NCBI GenBank assembly: GCA_964106915.2 | Contig: OZ066914.1 | DNA: 64,000 nucleotides | DNA from: Podarcis gaigeae | Taxonomy: Eukaryota | Strand: one strand, 5' to 3' | Shown here: piece by piece, positions 52,090 to 63,707 of the stretch | Numbering within the stretch: position 1 is the first letter of the stretch | Layout of the letters: every line of letters begins with the position of its first letter | Program-made: the position numbers and the translations under genes | The notes under the pieces: generated by a model | Told to the model about the DNA's origin: nothing | Seen by the model: the letters and a program-made list of their open reading frames with translations, nothing else | Databases searched by the model: none

Positions 52090-52470
52090 TATATGAACTG
52101 GAACATTACAGCTATCCACTTCAGCTAGTGAGAGGTCAAAAGTTTAGGATCCATTTAATAATGCAAAAGCTATGTTCAGCTCAGACTACATAAGCATTCT
52201 CTAAAATAGCCAACTGTTTTATGGTATACTTGTTGTTGATGCACAACAGTCTCCATGGCAAGAAAAAGACAATGGGCCAGATCAAAACTAAGTTAGTTAA
52301 CTTGGCCCACTAATTTCACTGGGACCCAAGTTTGCCTAATCTAGATCTAACCTAATAGATGTGTTTGTTTATTTGAATGCATTCTTATTCAATAGGCTCA
52401 GGGAGCTTATTTCATTTTCAGTAATTTTAAATATAATAAAAGTTTTCAAATAAAATTACTTTAATTAATT

Positions 52471-53105
52471 TCAGACCGGTAGCCATATTAGCCTGATATA
52501 GGGAGGAAAAAGCAATACAGATTCTGGTGAACCTTAGAAAATTAATAGACTTTCTGTGGCTTAAGCTTCCAAAAAAACCACTTCGTCTGTTGCAAATTTG
52601 CTTTATGAAGAGTACTCTAGATTATAGAAGTATTGCTCTTTAAAAGTACTGTAACATTTGAACACTCTAACATTGAACATTTCTATTCCCCTTGAGTTCT
52701 ACTATTCCCTTTCATCCTCCTGAACATATGTTCTACAAATTAAATATTTTAGTCAATGAAATAAATTTGCAATTATGGTAAATATCCTTCCTTCAATTAA
52801 TTTATTAATGTTGCAGTGTCTACATCAGTCTTCCTCCAGCAGTTGCTCTCCAGATCCTTCTGGATATCATTTCCCCTCATCCCTGACCTTGGGCATGCTT
52901 GCTGTGGTTGATGGGAGTTGGAGTCCAACAGCATCTGAAGATCACCAAGTTGGGGAAGTCTGCTCTATATAAACGAAATGCATCTGTCAAAGTGGCTCTA
53001 GCCAGCAAAAGCATATGACATGATGATTTGTTAGTATTTTAAGTAAAGTGCCACAGGACTCTGTTGTTTTGCTGCAGCACAGATTAACACTAATTATATT
53101 TGGAG
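52471..53105. mobile_element. Two Penelope-like pseudo-LTR remnants in inverted orientation (52471-52594 minus; 52979-53105 plus)
   Basis: Both resemble TGCATCTGACGAAGTGG...AAAGCTTATGCC...GTGCCACAAGACTCT...CAGACTAACACGGCTAC (consensus recalled, not aligned). Confidence 0.5.
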
Positions 53106-53529
53106 GAAAATTTAGACTAGCACTGCTACTCTTCTGGAACTTTTCCTAGAATATTTTTTCAGGCACTGATGGCATTTCAGCTTTGTTATAAAAACATTAA
53201 GTGAATAGCATTTATGATTGCAGGGATAAATCTGAAGATCTGTGCCCTAACAAACATTTCATAAATATGACTATGGCTGCAACCCTTAACCCACCGACCT
53301 GGGAATAAGCCCCACTGAACTCAATGTCTCTTACTGCTGAGTAGGCATGCATAGGATTTACAATATAAATGAATGGCTACAGCTAGTAGGTGATATTTTG
53401 CAGGTACACAAATATCTGTGAACTGGAATTGGGATGCTACTGCAGTGGGATCAGTGGGCATAAATTAAAGAGAAACATAGGCACATACAGTCTGCCTTCT
53501 CCCTCCCAACAGCAACAAATCATACAGTC

Positions 53530-54219
53530 ATATAACAAAAAGGAAGGCAGAAATAAATAAAAACATCCAATAAATCAGGAAACATAAAATATACAATTAA
53601 AAGGACAAAAAATAAAAATTAAAAATAAATCAAGAAAACAGAAAAAAAGGTTAGGCCAGTTCCACTTCAAATTTGTGTCTTTAAGAATACAGTCTTTAAG
53701 ATACAGTTAATATATATATCTGTTAGAATGTAACCATCCACTCAGTCAAAGTTAAATGTTTCAATTCTCCATTGCTGTAGGCAGTCTCTGTGTCCCATTC
53801 ACAAAAAAGTTCCTTTGCAGAGCTCACCCGCAGAAATCGGAAGCTGACTTCCTGTTTTGCTTCCGTTTTGTCGAATTAACTTTTTAGCTTCTAATTTTAA
53901 ATGTTTCATTTGACATTTACTTCTAATTGGAAGATCTACTGCTTCTGGTGACGAATCGTAGCTTTGGCAGCAGGCTGCATTAGTGTCGAGAGTGAACTCA
54001 AGCCTCTTCCCTTTCCCTCCTGCGCACACAGCAGCAGCCTGGAAACGTTCAGGGGGTGAGTTTTTCCACTCTGCTGGAGCCCTCAGGCCCCCACTCCTCT
54101 GTGGGGATTTTTTTTGGGGGTGCTGAGCTCTAGCGCAACCCTTGAAGCCTCTCTGCCAGCTCTGTGTCGAGGACGACACTTAGCACACCGCCATTGTCCT
54201 CCGCAGTACACCGGAAGTC
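53530..54219 (-). mobile_element. L1-like 5' UTR segment (CpG-retaining) followed by a T-rich tract
   Basis: Minus strand begins GACTTCCGG...ACAATGGCGG (ETS and YY1-like motifs typical of L1 5' ends); locally raised CpG; no ORF2 follows. Confidence 0.45.
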
Positions 54220-56159
54220 AGTCTGACTTACTTCTGAGTACATACAGGTAGGGTTGCCCTGGTGATCACACTTTTATGTCAAATTGCCTAGGGTATCGTC
54301 CATAGGGTCATCCCATCTTATTACATAATAACTGACCCAAGATATCGCTTCAACTTCACCTATAAAGTCTGCTGGTTAAACTTTTTGACTTCCCTAAAAT
54401 CCTTCAGATTTTAGTGACGTTTCAGTTATGACTCTAGCAGCTAGAGTATGGTCATACCTGAGTAGCTGAAACTGAATCTTCATGATGCCCTAACACCTTA
54501 GCTCAGGGGTAGCCAATGTGGTGCTCTTGAGATGTTTTGGACTACAGCTCCCAGCCTGCACAATGGCAAGTGATAATGGGAATTGTAGTTTACAACATCC
54601 GGAGGGCCCTAAGTTGGCTACCCTGCCTCTTAACTCCTCACTGCACTGGATCTCTCATGAGCATGTTTTTGTATTTGGAAAGCATAGTTTACTAGATTTC
54701 TAGGGAGCCAGTCAAAATGCTGCACTACTACATTTACATTATTACATTAAACTACATATTAAATGTTACAATTAAGCATCTTATACACATACTTACATCA
54801 CTAACATTAGATAAGCCTGGTCAAGTACTAGTAGATAAAATATAAAATTGCAACTTTATCTCCTGAATTCTCTACTGAAGCAAACCTACTGATGAGAGAG
54901 GGAAAGCTACAGGAACAGTAACTTGGACTGGAAATGAGGCCTTAAGCCAAAAGACTCCAGTATCATTTTCATGTTTCATGGTAATCATCTGCCTTGGACT
55001 TTAAAAGCATGCCTCATCACCTTTATTGTACCATTTCAGAGCACCTTCTTGCCCTTTACCCTTTATAGACTTTTTTCCAGTGTAGCTGCTTGCTTAAATA
55101 TCCTTCAAAGTGCCATGAAATGTGAAAGATTCATTAAAATATACGGTGGAACAGATGGAGAAGTGCCGCTTGGGGCAAATAATGAATTTAGGATTCAGAG
55201 CAGACATCATAACAACATACACAAACATATGTTCACCTACTATAATAATGCTCATCTTTTGGACCTGTAACCTTTTAACGGCACAATTAAGGGTAGTAAA
55301 TTTCATAGAATACTGCTAAATTAAAAGATCATTTACGTTTCTTTCCATCATATCTGAGCAGACCTAATTTTCACACCTGATCCTCTGTGTCTAGCTGTTT
55401 TGGAGCAAATAGTGGCTTGGGTCAGCTTTTCAACTGAGGTGCTGTGTGCAGCACAAACAGCCATTACCACAACCACAATGCTGTGTATCAGTCATGATAC
55501 CATTAGAAAATGTGGCAGACGCACACTAGGCCTTCAGGATTACATTGGCAAAATGAATTTACGCTGACATAAAGATAAACTCTCCCAAGTTATTTACATA
55601 CCATGCCTATTTTCTGTTTTGCACATTTTTGGCAGGCTTTCCAGAGCCATAAAGTTGAATGCAGCACACAAATTATGTATTTGAAGGACTTTCAGATGCT
55701 TTATGACACCTTTGCATTTGCAAGCCCAGCCAGGTTATTGAGTCCCTAGGAGGCCACCATTCCTGGCTGGTGTTCTGCATCCATCTTGTTGGATCACAAG
55801 CTAGCTGTCAATGCAATTAGGTTTCCTAACTCCAGCCAGGGAAAAACAGGACAGTACCTGTAACTTTAAGACCTTTGATGCACAATGTAACAGCAGTGGC
55901 TTGTATTCTATGGCACATTTGCCTATTCTTTCTCTATGTTATGGCAAAGAGGAATAAGCCCTTGGGAGTTCTTTTTTAATTATTTGCAAATTTATAAACT
56001 GCTTCACAACTAAAAGGTACCAAAGTGGTGTACAGTAAGATGAAATACAAGAGATTATTGACTCAGTAAACAATTAGCAACACAACCATTTCTACAAATG
56101 TGCAATAATTATTCCTTTAAAATTATTAAACACCTTCTTTAAAAGGTCTTCCATAGCTA

Positions 56160-56365
56160 CCTAAATATCAAGGTGCTGAGGCATGCCTAATTGCAGTTGG
56201 GCTGGAGTAGCAACACTAAAAGCCCAGTTTCTATAACAAAATAAACACACCCCTGAAGTATCGACTCCTTTCAGTCTACCCAGTGCAGTTGCTGGGCAGG
56301 AATATATGGAGTGAAGGAGTATCTTGAGTAAGCTGGTCCCAAGTTGTTTAAAGCAAGACCACATC
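56160..56365 (-). mobile_element. L2 fragment, degraded
   Basis: ATCTTGAGTAAGCTGGTCCCAAGTTGTTTAAAGC and AGCAACACTAAAAGCCC are reverse complements of L2 C-terminal motifs. Confidence 0.5.
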
Positions 56366-56499
56366 TACTTCCCTATCACCTGATATCTTATAAAATCAGA
56401 TGCAGGAAACCTAAAGCTGCAAAGGAAAAATCAGGAGTGCAATGGAGTTTGAATTAGGAACTGGTTTTAGTTGTATTGTTAGCATCCACCAGTCTCACA

Positions 56500-57190
56500 A
56501 GACAATGGAATGTGCCTCCATGGGTGAAGCGGCCTTTCCAGGGTACAAGCCTGGGTAGTGTGCATGGAGATCCTGGGCTGCCCAGACAATAGGATCCCTC
56601 TTTCGGCCTTGCTGATGTGGTTCAAAGGAAAGCAGAGCAATACATTTGGCTCCAGCTTGGCAGCAGGAGTTGCTGGAAGGAGATGTACAAGGCGCTATCA
56701 AAACCGCCTTACAGACTCTACTCTGGATTTGTGTAGGGTTTGCTCCTTAGCCTTTTCGCTTGAAGATATTATGCAAGGCAGCAGAGGTTTAGGATGACAG
56801 CTTTCCTTCTCGTAGATAGGCTACCTTCCCAGGCTGACAAGCCCCATATTTCCCTCACTTCCCTCTACAGCACATGCAGAATCCACCTTCTTGACTACTG
56901 AAACCGCTATTGGTGTTGTCTGCTCAGTCCACTAGAGCCTGTCTTCGCATGCAGGGGAAGTTCCTGACTCACTGAGGGTTTTATATCCATCAGCTATGCT
57001 CACCTGGATGTAGCTGGCCAGTTGAAGCAGTTCCTGGAGTGTGGCTGCTGTCACACGCCGACAGCTTCTTGGACCCACAGGTGAGAGCTGTGTATAGGGT
57101 GGGGATCAAAGATGGACAAACTACCCCAGAAGAAGCACAACGAGTCCCCCCTCACAGGTACTACTCTTCCCCAACACCCCACACACCCCA
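56500..57190 (-). mobile_element. RTE-clade LINE 5' region (probable)
   Basis: TTTCCTTCTCGTAGATAGGCTACCTTCCCAGGCTGACAAGCCCC motif and a composition distinct from the flanks; assignment from recall. Confidence 0.45.
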
Positions 57191-58275
57191 GTTGCGTGTG
57201 TGTGAACACACGAGAATAGAAATGATCTCAAATAAATAAATATTTTGCTACAATAGGTAAGTAGATTAGGTAGCTCCTATTTCTGCTATATTTTGTACTT
57301 AAGTACATATTTTTATTTTTATTTTTATTTTTATTTTAATGTACGTGTACCATGAAAATTGTGATCTGCAACCTACCATTTTCTCCTTTAAAAATACATG
57401 GAGGTGTAGTTTTCCCCCAAGTGGCTGCTTCACGGATTTTGAAGGAAAGTGTCAATTTACACAAAACATGTACCCTTCACAAATAACACTGTGTGCTTGT
57501 ATTTTGTACTCTGATTATATCTGTTCCCAAGTACAAAAGATCATGTGAGAAGGTCCCCTGAGGCACTACTTTGCAAAGTACTTGGGATATCGGAAACCCG
57601 TCCTTGATTTATTTCAACAATCTTCTTCTGACACAAACAGGGTAAGCGGAGGGGTGTTATGAGAAGGTATTTTAATTTGTGTGATAAATTGTTAGACTCC
57701 ATTAGGTTTAATGAGTATCATCAGTGTATTCTTAGAATAGTTTTAAAAATCCTATCAAAGACTGATATAATCAAATTAAGCAAATTAATAGCAAGAATCC
57801 TGTGTATCTGCAGGATATAAGGGACTTAATAAAAGCCTACTGTAAAAGTTATATTTTTGTTTCTTGTTGCTTTAATGATGTGGACTAAACTGCTACTTCC
57901 CCCCAGTTTCCACTATTTGAACAGACTGGAAAGCCCTAGTTTTGGCCTAGAATCAGCCTTGACTGATGAGTTTCTCTAGCGTACAGATGGGGGAGTACAA
58001 CCCTCCCAGCAGGAACCCTTAGTGACTTTTGATGCCATTGACCATGGTCTTTTCTCGGATCATCTATATGAGTTGGGGTTTGAAGCCATTGCTCTACAGT
58101 GGTTTGGCTCCTGTTTGTATGTCAGGTCTCAGAGGATAGCTCTGTGAGACTATGTGTCTACACCCTGGCAACTTAGCTGTGGGGAACTGCAAGGCTCTTT
58201 AGCTCCAGTGCTTTTTAACATCTATAGGAAGCCTTTGGGGCAGTTATCAGGAGGCTTGAGATCCTATTTCTCCAT

Positions 58276-59139
58276 CGTCAGGGGACCGCCATCGGAACAG
58301 GGAAGGGAAGCAGAGGGGCAGTTGGGTTACATGGAACCTCCGAAAATCTTGCGAAGCAGTTCCTCTTCCTGTAGTGGGGAAAGCCACACCTCCAGTGGGG
58401 AAGAGGGGGAGGGACCAGAGGATGCTGCTGGGAGCTTCAGCACTGCTCCTGGCCAAGCCGGCCAGGAGGGAAGCACGCCTCTTCTGTCACCCACCCTGTG
58501 CAGAGGGGTAAAATGCAAAGAAGGAAAAGGCTGGGAGCTTCAGCACTGCTCCTGGCCAAGCCGGCCAGGAGGGAAGCACGCCTCTTCTGTCACCCACCCT
58601 GCGCAGAGGGGTAAAATGCAAAGAAGGAAAAGGCTGGGAGCTTCAGCACTGCTCCTGGCCAAGCCAGCCAGGAGGGAAGCACGCCTCTTCTGTCACCCAC
58701 CCTGCGCAGAGGGGTAAAATGCAAAGAAGGAAAAGGCTGGGAGCTTCAGCACTGCTCCTGGCCAAGCCGGCCAGGAGGGAAGCACGCCTCTTCTGTCACC
58801 CACCCTGCGCAGAGGGGTAAAATGCAAAGAAGGAAAAGGCTGGGAGCTTCAGCACTGCTCCTGGCCAAGCCGGCCAGGAGGGAAGCACGCCTCTTCTGTC
58901 ACCCACCCTGCGCAGAGGGGTAAAATGCAAAGAAGGAAAAGGCTGGGGGTGACTAAGCTATTATGTTGGGGGAGGACCCGGAAACGACCATTCCCGGATT
59001 CTGCTAGCGATTGAGGCAGACATGAACTTGTGGTTCTGCACTTGTAAATAGTTTTGCACCAAAATAAAACCTGTAAAAGACAGGGCGGAGTCCTGACTGG
59101 TTACCGGTACTCACGAGCAACCACCATTGCCATCTGACA
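58276..59139 (+). mobile_element. Solo LTR inserted in the L2
   Basis: Termini (C)GTCAG...CTGACA; TSD TCCAT / TGCAT (4 of 5 match); AATAAA near 59063; L2 homology resumes directly after it. Confidence 0.8.
58427..58947. repeat. Minisatellite: 5 x 103-bp units plus terminal GCTGGG
   Basis: Units start at 58427, 58530, 58633, 58736 and 58839; I see only two substitutions among the copies. Confidence 0.97.
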
Positions 59140-59546
59140 TGCATTTAAGATGAGCCAGGAGAGTTTGTGCCAATTCTGAACCAGTGTCTGGATGCAGTGG
59201 TGGTTATAAGATTAAAGCTGCTAAAACAGAGACACTGTGGATGAATGGTTCCCAGATCCAAGAATCGGAGACTTTGCCTGTTTAGATGAGGCTGCACTCC
59301 CTCTGAAGGAACAGGTAAAAGGATAATGAGGAACCATCGTTGTCTATGGAAACCCAGGTGGCCTTAAAGGCAAGAAGTACCTATCCCAGCAACAACAACA
59401 CACTTTTGTGCAACTCTAGGAAGGTGAGTGAAATGACTGGTTTGTGGAGGAGAAACAGATTTAAAGCATTGGGGTAGGGTAGATCTCTGAAATGGGTGTT
59501 CAGAAAAGCTTTTTTTTTTTTGCAGACTTGCTTTCAGTAGTAGAAG

Positions 59547-59905
59547 CAATGCTTTTTTCTTTAAAAAATATGTTTTTTTAGGGGTAGAGTAATACCTCCA
59601 CCTTGTCTAGTGTCTATTCCAGCGAACGTCCGTGGCAAACCTGGAAGTACTGGAATGGGTTACTTCCAGGTTTGCCAATCGCACTTCGTGCATGTGCAGA
59701 AGCGCAAACTGCTCCCCGCACGTGCACAAATGTGGCCCTTTGCCCTGCGTCCTTTTCAGAACGGATCCCGGCCGCAAAACGAGGTATGGCTGTACTCTCA
59801 TTATCCTACTCATATTGAAATACAGTCCCTCAATGAGGCCAAACATAGATTCACAAAATGTTTAGGGGTATGCGTACCCCTGCGTCCCCCCTGAAAAAAG
59901 CACGG
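59547..59905. mobile_element. hAT MITE containing a nested Tc1/mariner MITE
   Basis: Ends CAATGCTTTTTT / AAAAAAGCACGG; perfect 8-bp TSD AGTAGAAG (59539-59546, 59906-59913). Confidence 0.85.
59587..59792. mobile_element. Nested Tc1/mariner-type MITE
   Basis: TA-GAGTAATACCTC...GAGGTATGGCTG-TA; absent from the paralog at 46973-47097, which has a single TA at this site. Confidence 0.8.
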
Positions 59906-60330
59906 AGTAGAAGCAGCCCATACCCCACCTGGGATTAAAGCAAGGCTAACTGGTCTGCTATGTGTCTGGGTTCGTAAAGCACAACCAAGATGCTCACCAC
60001 ATTTTCTGCTGCAGAATACATTTTTGCAACTCCCCTGTTTTATCCCATACAGGTACTGTATGGACTGCCCATCTTCAAGAGTGTATTTCAAGAGCATCAT
60101 ACACATTTAATTGCTTGTTTGCCTTCTGTGAACAGAGGAACCTTCAGACTTGCATTTTCCCCCATCTGCCACTTTTCAACAACACAACAGTCCTCCTCTC
60201 CCACCCCTCTTCTTCCTGACCTTATACTGTACTCAACATTAATGTCTCCTAACAAATGTAACTGATCTGTAGAAAAGACTTTACAACTTCAAAAAAGAGA
60301 CAAGGCATGTACTTTTGTAAACAAAGAAAA

Positions 60331-60384
60331 TGAGAGAGGGGGGGAGGGAGGGAGGGAGGGAGGGAGGGAGAGAGAGAGAGAGAG
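60331..60384. repeat. (GGGA)n/(GA)n polypurine tract
   Basis: Directly visible. Confidence 0.9.
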
Positions 60385-61000
60385 AAACGTAATTTGCAAC
60401 TGAAGTTCTTGATCATGTCACATACTGTCTTTTTTGTTCACAGACCATTCCAGATGGATAGCGTGGTGGGAATGAAGGAAGTAGATTTGAACTCTCAAGT
60501 ATTTGCAAGCCCTCTTGCAAGAGCCTGCGATGAATGAAAGGAGCAGGATGTTGCTTGCAAGCTGCCAGGTTCAAGGAGATGACATGCAGGCAATACATGA
60601 CATTTAAAGGCTTCTAGTGAGGTTTGTTTACTTCACACGTTACAGTGTAATTGGGAAAGAGATCAACAGCTGGCATCTATCATATATCTGAATCTTAATG
60701 CCAAGGATTTTGAGAGGCCCTCTTGAGACTGAAAACGACTGCAGATAGGTTCACAGTGTCCTTCAAGTGGTAGCATTAATTTGTACTTTGAAATGCTTAT
60801 CTTCCACTTCAACAGATTATCACCTTTTCATCTCTGACTCTGGTTGGGAATAATGATTCAAAAACACTTTGGATTGGGCTGCCCAACATTTAAAAAACAA
60901 GAGTTAGTTACTAATTAACGAATAGCTAAACTATATGGCCCTAGGACCAGTTTCCAAATGCTCCATCACAAAAATAACATGCATGTAGTGGGATGTAGTA

Positions 61001-61361
61001 AGGACACGGGTGGCGCTGTGGGTTAAACCAGAGCCTAGGACTTGCTGATCAGAAGGTCGGCAGTTCAAATCCCCGTGGTGGGGTGAGCTCCCATTGTTCA
61101 GTCCCAGCTCCTGCCAACCTAGCAGTTCGAAAGCACAAGGTGCAAGTAGATAAATAGGTACCGCTCTAGCGGGAAGGTAAACGGCGTTTCCGTGTGCTGC
61201 TCTGGTTCGCCAGAAGCAGCTTAGTCATGCTGGCCACATGACCCGGAAGCTGTCTGCGGACAAAGGCTGGCTCCCTCGGCCAATAAAGCGAGATGAGCAC
61301 CGCAACCCCAGAGTCGGTCACGACTGGACCTAACGGTCAGGGGTCCCTTTACCTTTACCTT
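61001..61361 (+). mobile_element. Sauria (Squam1) SINE, full length
   Basis: GGACACGGGTGGCGCTGTGGGTTAAACC head, (ACCTTT)n tail, imperfect TSD TAGTGGGAT..AGTA. Confidence 0.93.
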
Positions 61362-61454
61362 TAGTGGGATAGTAGACTCATGTTCATGTCATGTGTAACT
61401 TGTAACCACCTGGCTAATTGTACTAGACTGCAAATGTGGAGTGCAATCCATGCA

Positions 61455-61499
<45 letters not shown>

Positions 61500-61972
61500 T
61501 TATTATTTGTACCCCGCCCATCTGGCTGGGCTTCCCCAGCCACTCTGGGCGGCTTCCAAAAAAATATATTAAAATACTCTAATACATCAAACATTAAAAG
61601 CTTCCCTGTACAGGGCTGCCTTCAGTTGTCTTCTAAAAGTCTGGTTGTTGTTGTTCTCTTTGACATCTGGTGGGAGGGCGTTCCACAGGGAGGGCGCCAC
61701 TACTGAGAAGGCCCTCTGCCTGGTTCCCTGTAACTTGGCTTCTCGCAGTGAGGGAACCGCCAGAAGGCCCTCGGAGCTGGACCTGTGTCCGGGTAGAACG
61801 ATGGGGGTGGAGACGCTCCTTCAGTTATACAGGACCAAGGCTGTTTAGGGCTTTAAAGGTCAGCACCAATACTTTGAGTTGTGCTCGGAAGCGTACTGGG
61901 AGCCAATGTAGGTCTTTTAAGACCGGTGTTATGTGGTCCTGGCTGCTGCTCCCAGTCACCAGTCTAGCTGAG
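61455..61972 (-). mobile_element. L2 LINE 3' end with (ATT)n tail
   Basis: (AAT)n at 61455-61499 on plus, then the L2 3' UTR and ORF2 end (LHWLPVRFRAQ on the minus strand). Confidence 0.9.
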
Positions 61973-62463
61973 GCATAATGCCAATAATGTCCTACTGAAA
62001 AAAATCTAACTTAAAACATTTGTCATGGGAATTAAGTATTGTTTACTTTTCTTGGCATTGAATTTATTCAGTTCCCCAGCACTGGCACAGTGGATGAAAG
62101 TGATTGTATCTGCTGGCCCAGTGCTTGACCTGTATGCACGATCATGAATCATGGAGGAATCCGGGTTCCCAGTTATAATATGCACAAAGCTTGATTTCAT
62201 TTTCAGGTGAATACACAAAGGATGGAGGCCTGCCAGCAGACATGATCTCCCTTCCTCTCAAGTTTGGTGAAAAGTAAATATAAGATGAGAATGGGGATAA
62301 TTTTAAAGGGGAATAAATATCGTTCCCATCATACTGTAAGGCTGCCAAATGGTAGGACCCCAACAATGCAGACTCTCCCAACAATACCCTCATCAGTTCC
62401 TGGGCTAGTCACAGATGCCCCACTAACAGTGGCCTGGTATTTGTTCTCATAAATGGCACTACG

Positions 62464-62743
62464 CATAGCTGGCCCAAGTCATTTTGCTGCCTGAGGTGAG
62501 AGCCAAAATGTTATCCCACTCACATTCCATGTACAGAATGTGGCTGAATCTCACTTCAACATATGCAACAGGGCAGCATATTCCACTGCACTTGTTGCAG
62601 CAGGCTTGTTTACGGGGTACAGAGTAGGCCACAGGGCACTTACAGCCCTGTCATCTGATACCTCACCACTGCTACCAATCCTTTCACAGAATTTGCCACC
62701 TGAGGCAACTTCTTCATTTTACCTAATGGAAGGGCTGGCCCTG
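62464..62743. mobile_element. Degraded hAT-like MITE
   Basis: Ends CATAGCTGGCCC / GGGCTGGCCCTG; repeated TTTGCYRCCTGAGG subterminal motifs. Confidence 0.5.
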
Positions 62744-63324
62744 GTGAGCATGGCCAATCTATGGAAAACTACAGTGAGATAGTGGCAGGCAAAACATGAT
62801 ACACCCTGTGCCCAGGCTATTTCTTTGCTATTATCAACCACTCCTGAAGTGTGTCTATTTCTTTTCTTCTTCTTCTTTTTGCTATTTATTTCTTCTTTAT
62901 TGACGTAAAATAAGAAATACAAACAAAACAAAATTATGATTGAAGTTACAAAACATAGAGCAGTGCAGAGCTTGCATTTTCCAAATAAATAAAAGCCCCA
63001 AACAAAAGCAGCAAAACCCATTATGAAAGCCAAATTTCATGATTTGGTGGAGGAATAAAGTTTTGATAATGGCACCAAACAGCACAAAAATGGTATGGGT
63101 CTTTTTAACCCTTAGAAACATGTAATCTATGAGTTCTTTTCTCTGCAGTAGCCACAGTCCACATATTCTTTTATAATAAGAGATTTAAGTCCCGTAGTGT
63201 CTTCCCTTTCTAGGCCAAATATGTTTTCACTGAAGCCAGCATCCTTAGATCAGAAAGTTACTGCTTGATCATCCCATAAGTTCTAAAGAAAAAGCTGTGG
63301 GGAGGCTTCAATTAGGCATTTTAT

Positions 63325-63335
63325 GTCTGTCTATC

Positions 63336-63371
<36 letters not shown>
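63325..63371. repeat. (CTAT)n microsatellite
   Basis: Directly visible. Confidence 0.95.
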
Positions 63372-63531
63372 GCAGCATCAATCAAAATTTGTGGTGATGG
63401 ATAGCATTCTCACTATAATGGGAAATGGGGAGGGGAGTGGAAAAATGTCCCCTGCTACTGCAACCATGCCAACAATCCTATGGGGTATCTGATATCATAA
63501 GGGAAATTTAGCAGAATTTGTAAGGAATATA

Positions 63532-63707
63532 CAGTATTTAGTTGAATCTAATCTCACCTTTGGTCAAATTACGTTGCAAAAATTAAGGTGTGCATTAGAT
63601 TCGATGACACATTTATGTTTGCCAGCAAAGGAACCCTTTGGATTCAAGGTTCTGAAAATGGAGGTGCGCATTAGATTTGATGGCACATTAGACTCAAGTA
63701 AATACGG
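63532..63707. mobile_element. pogo/Tc1-type MITE
   Basis: TA-CAGTATTTAGTTGAATCTAAT...ATTAGACTCAAGTAAATACGG-TA; internal GCATTAGATT repeats. Confidence 0.8.

Larger units (their letters stand above)
57960..59365 (+). mobile_element. L2 LINE reverse-transcriptase region, degraded, interrupted by a solo LTR
   Basis: Reads as ..FDAIDH..LQWF..STPWQLSCGELQGS..PVLFNIYRKPLG.. before 58276 and ..LNQCLDAV..KTETLW..LPLKEQV.. after 59139. Confidence 0.8.

Noticed and set aside
58427-58947. CRISPR-like array, or the 187-aa ORF 58154-58717 as a gene
   Set aside because: The units are head-to-tail with no unique spacers in a vertebrate context; the ORF is a chimera of decayed L2 RT and LTR sequence.
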